Numbered from the stretch's first letter, positions 1 through 12,288 are shown. The stretch: DNA of 64,000 nucleotides from Octopus sinensis (GCF_006345805.1 NC_042998.1:86986001-87050000); one strand, 5' to 3'. Numbers and translations are program-made. Notes: generated by a model from the sequence alone, not told the origin.

Positions 1-405
1 ATTGCATCCAACTCATGTTGCAGATGCACAATGTCTCCAGAGTTCCTTTGAGAGACTTTTGCATCATCTATATAGCTAGCAAGGGTAGTTACTTGAGCAG
101 CTGAGGGCATGTCAGAGAGGACAACTATGAATAGCAGTAGCCCCAGGACAGTGCCCTGTGGAACACCATTCAATATTTGTGTTTTCTAGGAGATTGCCCC
201 ATTGACCACCTCTACCTAACTTTTATCTTTTAGAAAGTCATGTAGCCATTCTCCAAATTTTCCAAATATGCCTAGATTTTGGAGAATGTGATAAATCATA
301 CCATGGTTGACTTTGTTATAGGCTTTTGCAAAGTTGAGGTATATTACGTTCACATTTAAGTTATTGAGCAGCTGCTTTAGCACCCAGTCGTAATGCTGCA
401 AGAGC
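1..405 (-). mobile_element. Degraded LINE reverse transcriptase fragment (CR1/L2/Jockey group), running off the window start
   Basis: One frame with two stops reads LNFAKAYNKV (motif A) ... NGVPQGTVLGLLLF ... ASYIDDAK. Confidence 0.85.
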
Positions 406-584
406 TGTGTCAGGCAGCTTCTACCTGGTCAAAAACTATGCTGGGTGTCAGTCAGCAAGTCATTCTCTTCAAGTAATGCAATTAATTTCCTTCAGACTGT
501 GAGCACAGGATGTCACGAAACATGTACAAAAAAAATGCTAAGTATGAGTACATGGAACACATTTCGTGACGTCCTGTGCCCACA

Positions 585-685
585 TATGCATATATATATG
601 TATAGATGTAAGTATGCACATATATGTATGCATATATATATATATATATATATATAACATACCTATATCTATCTATATCTATCTA

Positions 686-721
<36 letters not shown>

Positions 722-750
722 GATCTATATATATATATATATATATATAT
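585..750. repeat. Compound (TA)n/(ATCT)n microsatellite, representative of dozens in the window
   Basis: Direct reading of sequence. Confidence 0.95.
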
Positions 751-1546
751 GTTATTATATGACTGAGCGCCATGCATCCTCTTCCAAGTAAAATTATCTT
801 TATAATTCTGATGCGCACTATTCTGTCTTTTTACTCTTTCATTTTTGTCTCTTCTCTCTCTTATTCTTTTATCTACTATCCTATTACTCTTTCGTTTTTT
901 ATTCTTCTACCCCCCCTTTTCCCCTCCTGTTTTTTTCTCACTTATCCTATCTCTGATTTTTTCCTCTACTTTCACAGTTCTCTGTCTGTCACTCTCTCTC
1001 TCCTTCACTCTTCCTCTCTTGCTCATGTGGCTCCCATGTGACCATCGGCCATCTTTCGTCTCCTAACTTGTGCTTCTTTCTTTCTCTCCATTGTAGCTGG
1101 ATCAAGGAAGACGTGTTCTTGTTTGTGTGCTGTTCAAGCTTGATTAACGCGTTTGCCACCACAACCTCATTTAGGCTTAGCAGCCCTTCCTGTTTGTTTT
1201 CTCTGTCCTGTTTGTGTTACCAATTTTGCTCTTCTGCAAAATCCCAAATTTTACTTAATTTGCTTTGTGGTAGCAGCTGTTTTACCGAAAGCATATATTG
1301 TTGTTAAATTAGGGTAAGGGTTAAATATTCAAAATATGAGAGTAGAAAAACAGCCAAAAACTGATGAAGGATTGTTCTTTGTGTTGTTTGTCTTGTGTTT
1401 TCTGTTGTTCAAAAATATAGTTCATATTCCATTTACTTGTACTTCATATTTTTTTGCTGTACTCGTTTTGTGACATCCTATACCCACATATGCATATATA
1501 TATATATATATATATGTATAGGTGTAAGTATGTACATATACATATA

Positions 1547-1688
1547 CGGTGGAGTTACGATTTCAAGAGGATGATTGGAGTCACGTGGATGAGAAAGGCG
1601 CGATCCAGAGAGGAGTGGACAGCGTGCTGTGACCAGCGGTGTCAAATGGATGCCTGACGGACTGGTCGGTCAAGGTGATCAAGGTGAT
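1547..1688 (+). mobile_element. 3' end of an RTE-type LINE (separate family)
   Basis: RWSYDFKRMIGVTWMRKARSREEW resembles the RTE ORF2 C-terminus; short tandem tail (CAAGGTGAT)2. Confidence 0.55.
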
Positions 1689-1704
1689 ATATATATATTA
1701 TTTA

Positions 1705-1767
<63 letters not shown>

Positions 1768-1800
1768 GAGTAAATATTCAAATGAATATTCATATTGATA

Positions 1801-1848
<48 letters not shown>

Positions 1849-1960
1849 GGCAGTAAATATATAAATAATTAATAATAATAACAATAATATTAGTGGCCAG
1901 CAAGCAATAATGCCATTAATTGGCTAATCAAAAAAATTTTATAATTAATAAATAATTACA

Positions 1961-2132
1961 ATAGAGGGTACGCAAAATACCAGTTTGCTAGAAAGAAGAG
2001 CTAAATTTCTCAGACAAGCCACCAAACTTACAGAAAAATCAGTAAGTTTGGTGAGTTTCAGTGAGTTTAGTGGCTTGTTTGAGTATTTTAGTTCTTCTTT
2101 CTAGCAAGCTGGTACTTTGTGTACCCTCCATT
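1961..2132. repeat. Palindromic mini-element, about 68-bp arms
   Basis: atagagggtacgcaaaataccag...ccaccaaact is the inverted complement of agtttagtgg...gtaccctccat. Confidence 0.85.
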
Positions 2133-2159
2133 ATAATTATATATATATATATATATAAA

Positions 2160-2408
2160 TGTGGCCTAATCAATAAATATCCAGACTATTGCCATAGTAA
2201 CTTTCTCTGTCATGGTCAATGTAATGATCACATGCTACACACCTTCCTCCCAAACACTGCTGTAAACAGCGGAAGTCAGCTAGAACATTAAAACTTAGTG
2301 CACATGCACAGCAGAGTTCAAGGTTAATCTTTGCCAAGTGGCTTCACTTTGTGTCCTTTAGCTTCGTTACTATGGCAACAGACAAGATATTTACTGATCA
2401 AATATCGT
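2160..2408 (-). mobile_element. Mariner-derived MITE
   Basis: TIRs match those of 11500-12288; minus strand keeps the 5' UTR and ATG ACA GAG AAA, then jumps to the other TIR. Confidence 0.75.
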
Positions 2409-2449
2409 ATGTATGTATATATATTTATATATATAATATATTCTTTCAT

Positions 2450-2700
2450 TCTTTTATTCTTTTACTTGTTTCTGTCATTAGACTGCGGTCATGCTGGGAT
2501 ACCACCTTCAAGAATGTTTATTGAATGAAGAAGTGACCCTCCCTTCACTATTTTTACTTTTTTTAAGCAAAGTACTTATTTTATCAGTCTCTTTTCTTAA
2601 ACTGCTAAGTTATGGGGACATAAAGGCACCAACATTGGCTGTCAAGCAATGCTAAGAGAAAAACACAGACACAAAATCATGCACACACTGACACACTCCA
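2450..2700 (-). mobile_element. tRNA-derived SINE family A, 3' half
   Basis: Reverse complement of the 3' half of the 14584-14992 copy. Confidence 0.75.
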
Positions 2701-3354
2701 CCATACATATATATATATATATATTTATGGTGGTGTCAAGAGGTGGTGGGGGATAAACACCCCTCCCCTCATACCCCCCACAATTCTAAATGCCTTATAG
2801 GTGCAAAACCAATGGTTACTCTATGACCAGCCATAACTTTTAACTTCTTAAAAATACATTATTGCTCTAATACTTTAGAACATGCTTCTTTTTTGGATAT
2901 ACAAACTACTGACAATATGTGTGTGTGTTTGTGTGCATGTGTGTGTGTGTGTAAGTGTACACACACACACATTACGATGAGGTGCTTTCACTTTCCAACT
3001 ACCAAATCCACTCACAAGGCTTTGATCAGCCTGAGGTTATAATAGAAGACACTTGCTCTCAGTAACATATGGATTTGAATATCTTTGAATCAACTGATAT
3101 CTGCACGTCAATTTCTGCATTTTCTTCCTTTTCTCATTTATAAATGCTTTAAATACTTATACATATCAATGCAAATCTAATATATTTAGTTTTCACTGAA
3201 CACTGGTATAAACTGGAGAACTAGGATGCTAGCATCCCTTAAAGGATTAAAGGGCCTTGACACAATTAAGTGATATATAATATATATATATATGTATATA
3301 TGTATATATATGTATATATGTATATATGTATATATATGTATATAGATATGTATA

Positions 3355-4140
3355 TATCATCATCATCATCATCATCGTTTAATGTTCATTCTCCATGCTA
3401 GCATGGGTTGGACGGTTCAACCGGGGATCTGGGAAGCCAGAAGGCTGCACCAGGCTCCAGTCTTATCTGGCAATGTTTCTACTGCTGGATGCCCTTCCTC
3501 ATGCCAACCACTCCGTGAGTGTAGTGGGTGCTTTTTACGTGCCACCTGCACAGGTGCCAGGCGAGGCTGGCAATGACCATGGTCGGATTGGTGCATTTTA
3601 CGTGCCACCGGCACGGAAGCCAGTCGAGGTGGCACTGGCATCGGCCACGATTCGGATGGTGCTTTTTACGTGCCACCAGTCCAGGGGTCCTGGCATCTGC
3701 CGGGTGCCAGTCATAGGATTGGTTCAATTTCGATTCCGATTTCGATTTCGATTTCGATTTCACTTGCCCCAACAGGTCTTTGCAAGCAAAGGGGGGCATG
3801 GGTGCCTGTCGTCGGATGAGGACCGATATCGACTTTGCTTGCCTCAACAGGTCTTCGTGTGTCCAAGAGAGGAAAGGCATGCATAAGTGGGCTGGATTCA
3901 CTTGTCCTGCCTGGTCTTCTCATGCACAGCATATTTCCAAAGGTCTCGGTCACTGGTCATTTCCTCAGTGAGGTCTAAAGTTCGAAGGTCATGCTTCACC
4001 ACCTCGTCCCAGGTTTTCCTGGGTCTACCTCTTCCATGGGTTCCCTCAACTGCTAGGGATTGGCACTTTTTCACACACCTATCTTCATCCATTCTCGCCA
4101 CATGACCATACCAGCGCAATTGTCTCTCTTGCACACCATA
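3355..4140 (-). mobile_element. 5'-truncated RTE LINE: ORF2 C-terminus, VNTR 3' UTR, (GAT)n tail
   Basis: QERQLRWYGHVARMDEDRCVKKC...GRGRPRKTW; UTR units ggtggcacgtaaaaagcacc; tail reads (CAT)n on plus. Confidence 0.9.
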
Positions 4141-4234
4141 TATATATATATATGTATATGTATATATATATGTATATGTAATTTTTATATGTATATATGT
4201 ATATATGTATATATGTATATGTGTGTATATGTTT

Positions 4235-4440
4235 GTGCGTCAGTGTTTGTCCCCCCAACATCGTTTGACAACCGAAGCTGATGTGTTTACATCCCTGAAA
4301 CTTAGCAGTTTGGCAAAACGACTGATAGAATAAATACTAGGCTTACAAAGAATAAGTCCTGGGGTCGATTTTCTTGACTAAAGGTGGTGCTCCAGCATGG
4401 CCACAGTCAAATGACTGAAACAAGTAAAAGAGTAAAAGAG
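4235..4440 (+). mobile_element. SINE family A, 3' half
   Basis: gataga ataaatactaggcttacaaagaataagtcctggggtcga...gaaacaagtaaaagagtaaaagag. Confidence 0.8.
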
Positions 4441-4449
4441 TATATATAT

Positions 4450-4481
4450 TACTTCCCTACTGTTTCCACTTTTACTTTTTA

Positions 4482-4516
<35 letters not shown>

Positions 4517-4549
4517 GTAAAAAGTAAAAGTGCAAACAGCAGGGAAGTA
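4450..4549. repeat. 35-bp inverted repeat pair centred on (TA)n
   Basis: Arms 4450-4484 and 4515-4549 with 2 mismatches. Confidence 0.85.
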
Positions 4550-4774
4550 GTATGTTTAAAGTTTCTTTTTTGTTTTTTTTCTATCACAGGACAGGTTAAG
4601 AATTTTTATATTTGATAAATTAAGTGACTGTTCTAAAACTTTACTGGTTTCAATGTGTATGTCCATCATTCTGATTCTTTAATGTTTGTAGTCAAAAATT
4701 AGGAAATATAAATTTAAAATTACAAGTTAAGACAATTTGTTCTCATATTCTGTGAATAATTAAGAACATGTTTG

Positions 4775-4944
4775 TGCAGGAGTGGCTGTATGGTAAGAAG
4801 CTTGCTTCCCTACTATGTGGTTCCAGGTTCAGTTCCTATGCATGGCACCTTGGGTAAGTGTCTTCTGCTATAGCCTCGGGCCGACCAAAGCCTTGTGAGT
4901 GGATTTGGTAGATGGAAACTGAAAGAAGACTGTAGTATATATAT

Positions 4945-4975
<31 letters not shown>

Positions 4976-4990
4976 CGTGCACGTGTGTGT
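4775..4990 (+). mobile_element. SINE family A, 5' half
   Basis: A-box-like tggctgtatgg and B-box-like ggttcagttcc, then ccttgggtaagtgtcttct. Confidence 0.8.
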
Positions 4991-5296
4991 GTTTGTGTGG
5001 AGTATTTCTTTTATCTTTTACTTGTGTTTTAAAGCCTGGTACTTATTCCATCAGCCTCTTTTGCTGAAGTACTAAGTCATGGGAATATAAACAAACCAGC
5101 AGCGGTTGTCAAAAGTGGTAGGGGACAAACTCAAACACAAAGATATTCACTCATGGATATACACATACACACACATGTACAAACACATGTATACACAAAC
5201 ACACGTGCATGCAGGCACACACATGCATACATGTATGTATATATGCATGGATGTATGTGTGCATGCATGTATAGGTAGATAGACAGACAGATAGAT

Positions 5297-5341
<45 letters not shown>

Positions 5342-5368
5342 GCACACACACACATATATATATATAAA

Positions 5369-6430
5369 TAGCATGGCTGTTCGTACACATGCATCATACT
5401 GAGTAAAAGGTAGACTGTATGACGCATGTGTATGAACAGCCATGCTACTTGGTTGTGAAGTATGGATAGCGACTGCTGAGGACATGCGTAAGCTTGCAAG
5501 GAAGGAAGCCAGTATGCTCTGCTATATGTGTAATGTCAGTGTGCATACACGACAGAGTGTAAGTGCCTTGAGAGAAAAGTTGGACCTAAGAAGCATCAGA
5601 TGTGGTGTGAAAGAGAGATGACTATGCTGGTATGGACATGTGGTGCGAATGGATGAGGACAGCTGTGTGAAAAAGTGTCACACCCTAGCAGTTGAGGGAA
5701 TCTTGTGGAAGTGGTAGACCCAGGAATACTTGGGATGAGGTGGCGAAGCATGATCTTCGAACATTGGGCTTCACCGAGGCAATGACTAGTGACCGAGACC
5801 TTTGGAAATATGCTGTGTTTGAGAAGACCTGACAAGCCAAGTGAGACCATAACCCGTGGCCTATGCCAGCGGTGTAACCAGCCTACTTATGCATTGCTTG
5901 CGAAGACCTGTTGAGGCAAGTGAAATCACAATCAAAATCAAATTCGCTGACGTGGCCAATGACAGCACAACCTGACTACCATCCGTGCCTGTGGAATGTT
6001 AAAAGCACCATCTGAGCATGATCTTTGCCAGGGTTGCCTACTGGCTCCCGTGCTGGTGGCACATAAAAAGCACCATTTGAGCATGATTGTTACCATGGTT
6101 GCCTTATTTGTGCTGGTGGCATGTGAAAAGCAACATTCGAACAAGGTTATTGCCAGTGCCGCTGCACTGGCTCCTGTGCAGGTGGCACATAAAAATCACC
6201 ATTTGAGCATCGTCATCGCCAGTACTATCTGACTTGCCCTCTTGCTGGTAGCACGTAAAAGCACCCACTACACTCTCAGAGTGGTTGGCACTAGGAAAGG
6301 CATCCAGCTGTAGACACTCTGCCAGTTCAGATTGGAGCCTGGTGCAGCCATCTGACTCGCCAGTCCTCAGTTAAACCATGCAACCCATGCCAGCATGGAA
6401 AGTGGACGTTAAATGATGATGACGATGATA
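5369..6430 (+). mobile_element. 5'-truncated RTE LINE with fold-back 5' junction and five-unit 3' UTR VNTR
   Basis: RVKGRLYDACV...WDEVAKHDLRTLG, UTR units at 5985/6050/6110/6176/6242, (GAT)n tail. Confidence 0.9.
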
Positions 6431-6444
6431 ATATATATCTATAT

Positions 6445-6777
6445 CATCATCATCATCATCCTCATTGTCATTTAATGTTCACTTTCCATGCTGGCATGGG
6501 CTGGATGCTTTGACTGAGGACTGGCAAGCCAGTAGGTTGTACCAGGCTCCAATCTGATCTGGCAGAGTGTCTACAGCTAGATGTCCTTTCTTAATGTCAA
6601 CCACTCCAAGAGTGTAGTGGGTGCTTCTTATGTGATACCAGCATAGGAGCCAGTTAGGCAGCACTGGCATTGACCATGTTCAGATGGCGCTTTTTATGTG
6701 CCACAGGCACGAGAAGCCAGTCAGGCAGCACTGGCATCAACCCACACTCGAATTATGCTTGTTATGTGCCACCACAA

Positions 6778-6780
<3 letters not shown>
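6445..6780 (-). mobile_element. RTE LINE 3' UTR, tail-to-tail with the preceding copy
   Basis: (CAT)n then tttaatgttcactttccatgctggcatggg; two UTR units. Confidence 0.85.
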
Positions 6781-6836
<56 letters not shown>

Positions 6837-6994
6837 TATATATATATTGTATTTTGGGACAATCATTGTTTCTTTTTTTTTTGCCTAATAAACACACACA
6901 CACTATATATTTGTTCTTTACTCATTTGTTACTGACCTTATTCTAACTCATGTCCATTGTCTGTATGTATAATACAATACAATTGTATTGCATG

Positions 6995-7320
6995 TAGGAT
7001 GAACCCACGGGTTAACTGTAATGTTAGGAACATAGTGTATAGCTTATGATGTACTGAGAGACTGTGCAGAAATATGACAGCTACTTACATTGGAGAGACT
7101 GCATGCAGCATAGGGGAGCATATAGGTGAACACTGGCCAGAGCTCAAAGAAGAGAAAGGCTCGTTGGTATTCTACCAACATGCTGAAGCAGAACATAGGG
7201 GATTAATTAATAGCATAGAAGTTAAGGTATTATCGATGCATAGAATTGACACAACATTTAGACAGATCACAGAGGCTTCACACATAGTAATAGATAGACC
7301 GAGCCTTATTAGAAACATGA
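6995..7320 (+). mobile_element. Penelope-like GIY-YIG endonuclease remnant
   Basis: NCNVRNIVYSL*C...C...YIGETA...EH...HAEAEH...RQITEA matches the PLE GIY-YIG layout with C/H ligands. Confidence 0.75.
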
Positions 7321-8028
7321 AAGGAACAATAACACCCACCACCAATCCACACAACATGACAACTAAAAACAGAAGGGAGGAGAAGAGAAAGGAAAAAATA
7401 AAACACAGGTGCAAAATGGGTAATACACACACAAGAGATATATGCACATACCTGTAATAAATATAAGAAATAAAGATAGATAAATGAAAAATATAAATGA
7501 ATAAATAGATAATGATATAAGAAACAGAGACAGATAAAAAATGAATAAATAAATTTATATGAAGGGCATGGTTACAAACAACATAGGAAGTGAATCCATA
7601 TACACACACAAATACACACACAGTAACTTCACAGATGGCCACAACAGTATTAACAACATGACTAACAATGATAGCAGCAGCAGCAGTGATAACAATGGCA
7701 TTAACAGCAACAACAACAATAACTATCACGATTGCAGCAATGTGGGTGAACACACAAACACAGAGGGATGCAGGAACTGTACCAAATTTCAGGTCCTACG
7801 ACAGCAGCAGCAACAACGGGGGAGGGGATAGAGCTGAGGGGAAGGTCATAGTGCTTCTAAGAACAATAACACACACATACACACATGCACACACACATAC
7901 ACACACATACACACATACACACGCACACACACACTAACACAGGTGCAAATGCATACACAAATAAGAATACATATCATAGAAGAACAGAATGAAATAAGTG
8001 GAGGAAGAGCACACGCGAAGAAAGAAAG

Positions 8029-8075
8029 TGTCGCTGAAGAGGTCACAGATGTGTAATGAAAGATTTCTAGACAAT
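8029..8075 (+). ncRNA. Decayed minimal type I hammerhead ribozyme motif
   Basis: TGTCG-CTGAAGA-GGTCAC agat GTG(taat)-GAAA-GATT-TC-TAGACA; stems need several substitutions restored. Confidence 0.4.
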
Positions 8076-8259
8076 GGACATGAGTTAGAATAAGAACAGT
8101 AATAAATGAGTGAAGAATGAATATATAGTGTGCATGTTTCTTGGGTAAAATAAAACAAATGACCGTCACAAAATACAATATCTGTTTCAACACACAATTT
8201 CACAACAGGTGTCTTGCAACACAATTTCATAGATGTGTATACACACACACACAATATAT

Positions 8260-8317
<58 letters not shown>

Positions 8318-9088
8318 TTATATATACATATATATATGTAGAGAGAGAGAGAGAGAGAGATGGACAGATGGATGGACAGCAGGCAGGCAGACAAACAGAC
8401 ACACACAGACACACACATACACACACACAGACAGATAAATAGACAGCTGGATAGATAGACGGACAGACAGACAGACAGACAGACAAATAGACAGATGAAC
8501 AGATAGTAGATGACTAGATAGGTAACTAGATAGATAGACTAGACAAAATGACCAATAAATTACATTCATACACATATACACACACATGTACATACACACA
8601 AGCACACACACACACATATATATATATAGCTTATATTATTTATTATTTTTCTGGTTGAAACAATAGAGTGCATGAGATATATTTGTGTATTGCCTGTTAG
8701 AAGTGATTAACTCCACACTGTTCTTTTAAATTGATCCATGTGTGTATATCTACTTACTTCATACACTGGAGATAGTAGTTATCTGCAGTCAGTACTGGTT
8801 ATACATCAAACTACTAAGTCTAATCTGAGTCTGTTTAAGGCTTGTTATGAATACATATATGTTTGCATTTTTCTACATGTGTTTTCTACACATACATATA
8901 AACACATATATGCATGCACACACATACCTACAAACACACACACACATGCACTTATATATATATATATATATTAATGTAAGTATTTATGTATGTGAGTGTA
9001 TATGTGTGTATGTGGTGGGGTTATGGGTATATATCTATTTATGTACAACATACATATCCATATTTAACACACATATACTCATATACAG

Positions 9089-9124
<36 letters not shown>

Positions 9125-9174
9125 CAAGCTTCTTTCAGTTTCCATCAACCAAATCTAATCCCAAGTGTGTGTGT

Positions 9175-9542
9175 ATTCCATCAGCCTCTTTTGCTGAAGT
9201 ACTAAGTCACGGGAATATAAACAAACCAGCAGTGGTTGTCAAACAGTGGTAGGGGACAAACTCAAACACAAAGATATTCACTCATGGATATACACATACA
9301 CACACATGTACAAACACATGTATACACAAACACACGTGCATGCAGGCACACACATGCATACATGTATGTATATATGCATGGATGTATGCGTGCATGCATG
9401 TATAGGTAGATAGACAGTCAGATAGATTGATATATGTGTGTAAATATGTCTTGCTTCATTTGAAATGTTGAGAAATTTGAAAATAAGTCTTTTTAAGATG
9501 TTGCTCTAATACAAATGAAGTTATAAATAGTGATGTCAAATT
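9175..9542 (+). repeat. Two-part local duplication: 9175-9435 matches 5045-5304 and 9434-9542 matches 12525-12633
   Basis: About 5 differences in 260 bp and 3 in 109 bp, including copy-specific microsatellite patterns. Confidence 0.9.
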
Positions 9543-9584
9543 TCTCTCTCTCTCTCTCCCTATATTTATATATATATATACAGG

Positions 9585-9741
9585 CATAGCAGCAGTGTTG
9601 TAAGATGTTTGCTTCCCAGCCACATGGTTTCAGGTTCAGTCTCACTGTGTGACACCTTGAGCAAGTGTCTTCTACTATAGCCTCAGGTTGACCAAAGCCT
9701 TGTAAGTGGATTTTGTAGATGGAAACTGAAAGAAGCCTGTC

Positions 9742-9778
<37 letters not shown>

Positions 9779-10020
9779 CATGTGTGTCTTTGTGTCTGAA
9801 TTTGTTTCCACTCCACTGCTTGACAAGCAGTGTTGGTGTGTTTACGTCTTCATAGCTTAGAGGTTTCAGCGAAAGTGGCTGATACAATAAGTACCAGGCT
9901 TCAAGAAAAGAAAGAACAGTTCTTTTGACTAAAAGGTTAGTTCATTTAACTCAAGGTTCTTCAAGGCTCTGCCTTAGCATGGCCACAGTCTAATGACTGA
10001 AACACATAAAAGATAAAGGA
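9585..10020 (+). mobile_element. SINE family A, near full length, diverged
   Basis: Colinear with 14584-14992. Confidence 0.8.
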
Positions 10021-10029
10021 TAAAAGATA

Positions 10030-10060
<31 letters not shown>

Positions 10061-11499
10061 TTTTGTAATCGTTACTATCATCCTTATTAAAGGAAGTCAT
10101 CATTTTTATCAGCCAGGACTTTCATCATTCTCTTCCTTTTTTTTCCACCTGTTCCTCGTCATCATTATCATTATAATATCCTCATTATCATCAGCATTCT
10201 AGCAGCCATCTGTTTGCGTGCTTGCATGGGTTGGACATGTCTACTAACCAATATATATTCTCAGTTTTTTAGCACTTCTCCTATCTTGTGAGGCTCTGCA
10301 CGTAGAAATCATTAATGGTTTTATGATAATTGATAATTTTGTTAAAGATAATGCTATTAATTATTATGATATTATTAGTGGGTACAAAATTATCAATAAT
10401 TTTGTTTATGAAGTTGAATCTCTACCAATATAACTGAAAAATGTGGGAATATTCCGATGTAGGTAAATGTCTACTTAGCAGATGGGGATTGTAAACTGAA
10501 GCACATATTAACAAATTGTAATGAAATCATTAAGAAAAAGAAATATAAAAACGGGGCCTTGATTAAATTCCACATGATAATATAACATCAATAAAACTTA
10601 TAACAATAACAATATATATATATATATATATATACAGAAAATGAATAAAGGAAGAAGTCAATGGATAAAATTCTCAGAAATAGCAACAGGAAGCCAGGCA
10701 TTTTTTGAAAATATCACCAAGAATCAGTCAAAAAAGAGAAAAAAATTCCCTAGATGTTGCAGATAAGATTGTGTGCATGCATGCACACACATGCACATAC
10801 ACACACACACATAATAACACATATCACTTTTGTCAATATTTTAACATTGACAAATCAGAAAGCAGATGTTATTTTTTAACATGTAAAGTTGAATTCATTT
10901 TTGAAAGCCAAGGAAACAGAAACATAATAGCTGTATCAGATTAGACGAGAAGGTGAATTATTGTGGAAGTCATTCATAATGCTGTTGTTGTTGCTATTGT
11001 TATTGTTGCTGTTGTTTGTTACTGATTTTGTTTAGCCTTGACTGAAGAGACCTATGTTCAAGGACATTTTAACCATAACTGATTTTTTTAGAAATAGTGT
11101 AACCAGGCCTACATTAACCAGCATACCTTTAAATTTTTAAAAGAAGTAGCATGGTTTAATTACTATTTCTAGCGACCCCCATGAAAGATCCCTCATTGAA
11201 TCAACTATAAAAATGTAATACAAATGTATTAGTCAACATAAAAAGAGAGAATTAAAAGAAGATACATTTACCATTATAAGAGCTTTGTCTACCAGCTTGT
11301 TATCTACAATGAATAGTTTTATTTGATAAGCAGTAGGTTAAAGCAATCTATCTGATAGAACAATGTACGGACATCCCTCAGTGTTATGGAAACATAGTTT
11401 TCTGAAAAAAGAAAGCAATGGTGTAATGTGGATTTTTATAATGTGAAACCTTTTAAACCATTGATTTCTGTGTAATATGGAGGCTAATGGACAAATGTA

Positions 11500-12288
11500 C
11501 ATGGTCTGATCAATAAGTATCCGGACTGTTGCCATAGTAATGAAGCTAAAGAATACAGAGTAAAGTCGCTCAGCACAGATTGACCTTGAACTCTGATGTG
11601 CATGCGCACTAAATTTTAACATTCTAGCTGACTTCCACTATTTACTGCATTGCTTGGAAGGAAGGTGTGTAGTGTGTGATCATCACATTGACCTTGACAG
11701 AGAAAGTTGAGCAGAGAATTTGCATTAAATTTTGCCAGAAGCTTGGTGATAACTGTTCAGAGGCCTATGCAAAGTTTTTAAAACATTTTCATCAATCTTG
11801 ATGCAATCAAAGAGATCTTGTGCAACTGAAATTCAAGTGTCCTTTGGTCAGCTGAAAGCAGTTTTGGTACAAACTTGGCAAGCATGCATCTAATATCCAA
11901 ATCTTCAGTGATAATGGACTGAACTGAAAGGTAACTAATCTACACATCCTCTCATAACTTATGAATAGTGATTCAATGATTTCCCCTCAGAGCTGCATGC
12001 ACATCTGCGATGTTTTTCTCAGTTCTGCTGGTTGTGGGTCTCCCAGAATGTTTCTCAGTATCAACATTTTTCGGCCATCTTGGAAACATCTGAACCACTC
12101 ACACACTTATGTGCAGCTCATATACCTTCCTTCCAAGCACTGCTGTAAACAGTAGAAGTAAGCTTGAATGTTGAAGTGTAGTACTCATGCACAGCAGAGT
12201 TTAAGATCAATCTGTGCCAAGCGGCTTCACTGCGTGCTTTAACATTGTTACTATGGCAACAGTCCGGATACTTATTGATCAGACCTTG
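11500..12288. mobile_element. Non-autonomous mariner element built from two inverted 5' ends
   Basis: TA flanks; TIR c(a/t)ggtctgatcaataagtatccggactgttgccatagtaa; plus strand EKVEQRICIKFCQKLG; minus strand EWFRCFQDGRK...SGRPTTSR...AKFVPKLLSADQ. Confidence 0.85.

Noticed and set aside
1145-1178. Minus-strand cctaaatgag...caaacgcgtt hammerhead relic
   Set aside because: Core and both helices need too many changes; only ACGCGT fits.
5985-6270. CRISPR-like array of about 20-bp repeats with 40-bp spacers
   Set aside because: Spacers are homologous to each other, the array is the 3' UTR of a eukaryotic LINE, and there are no cas genes.
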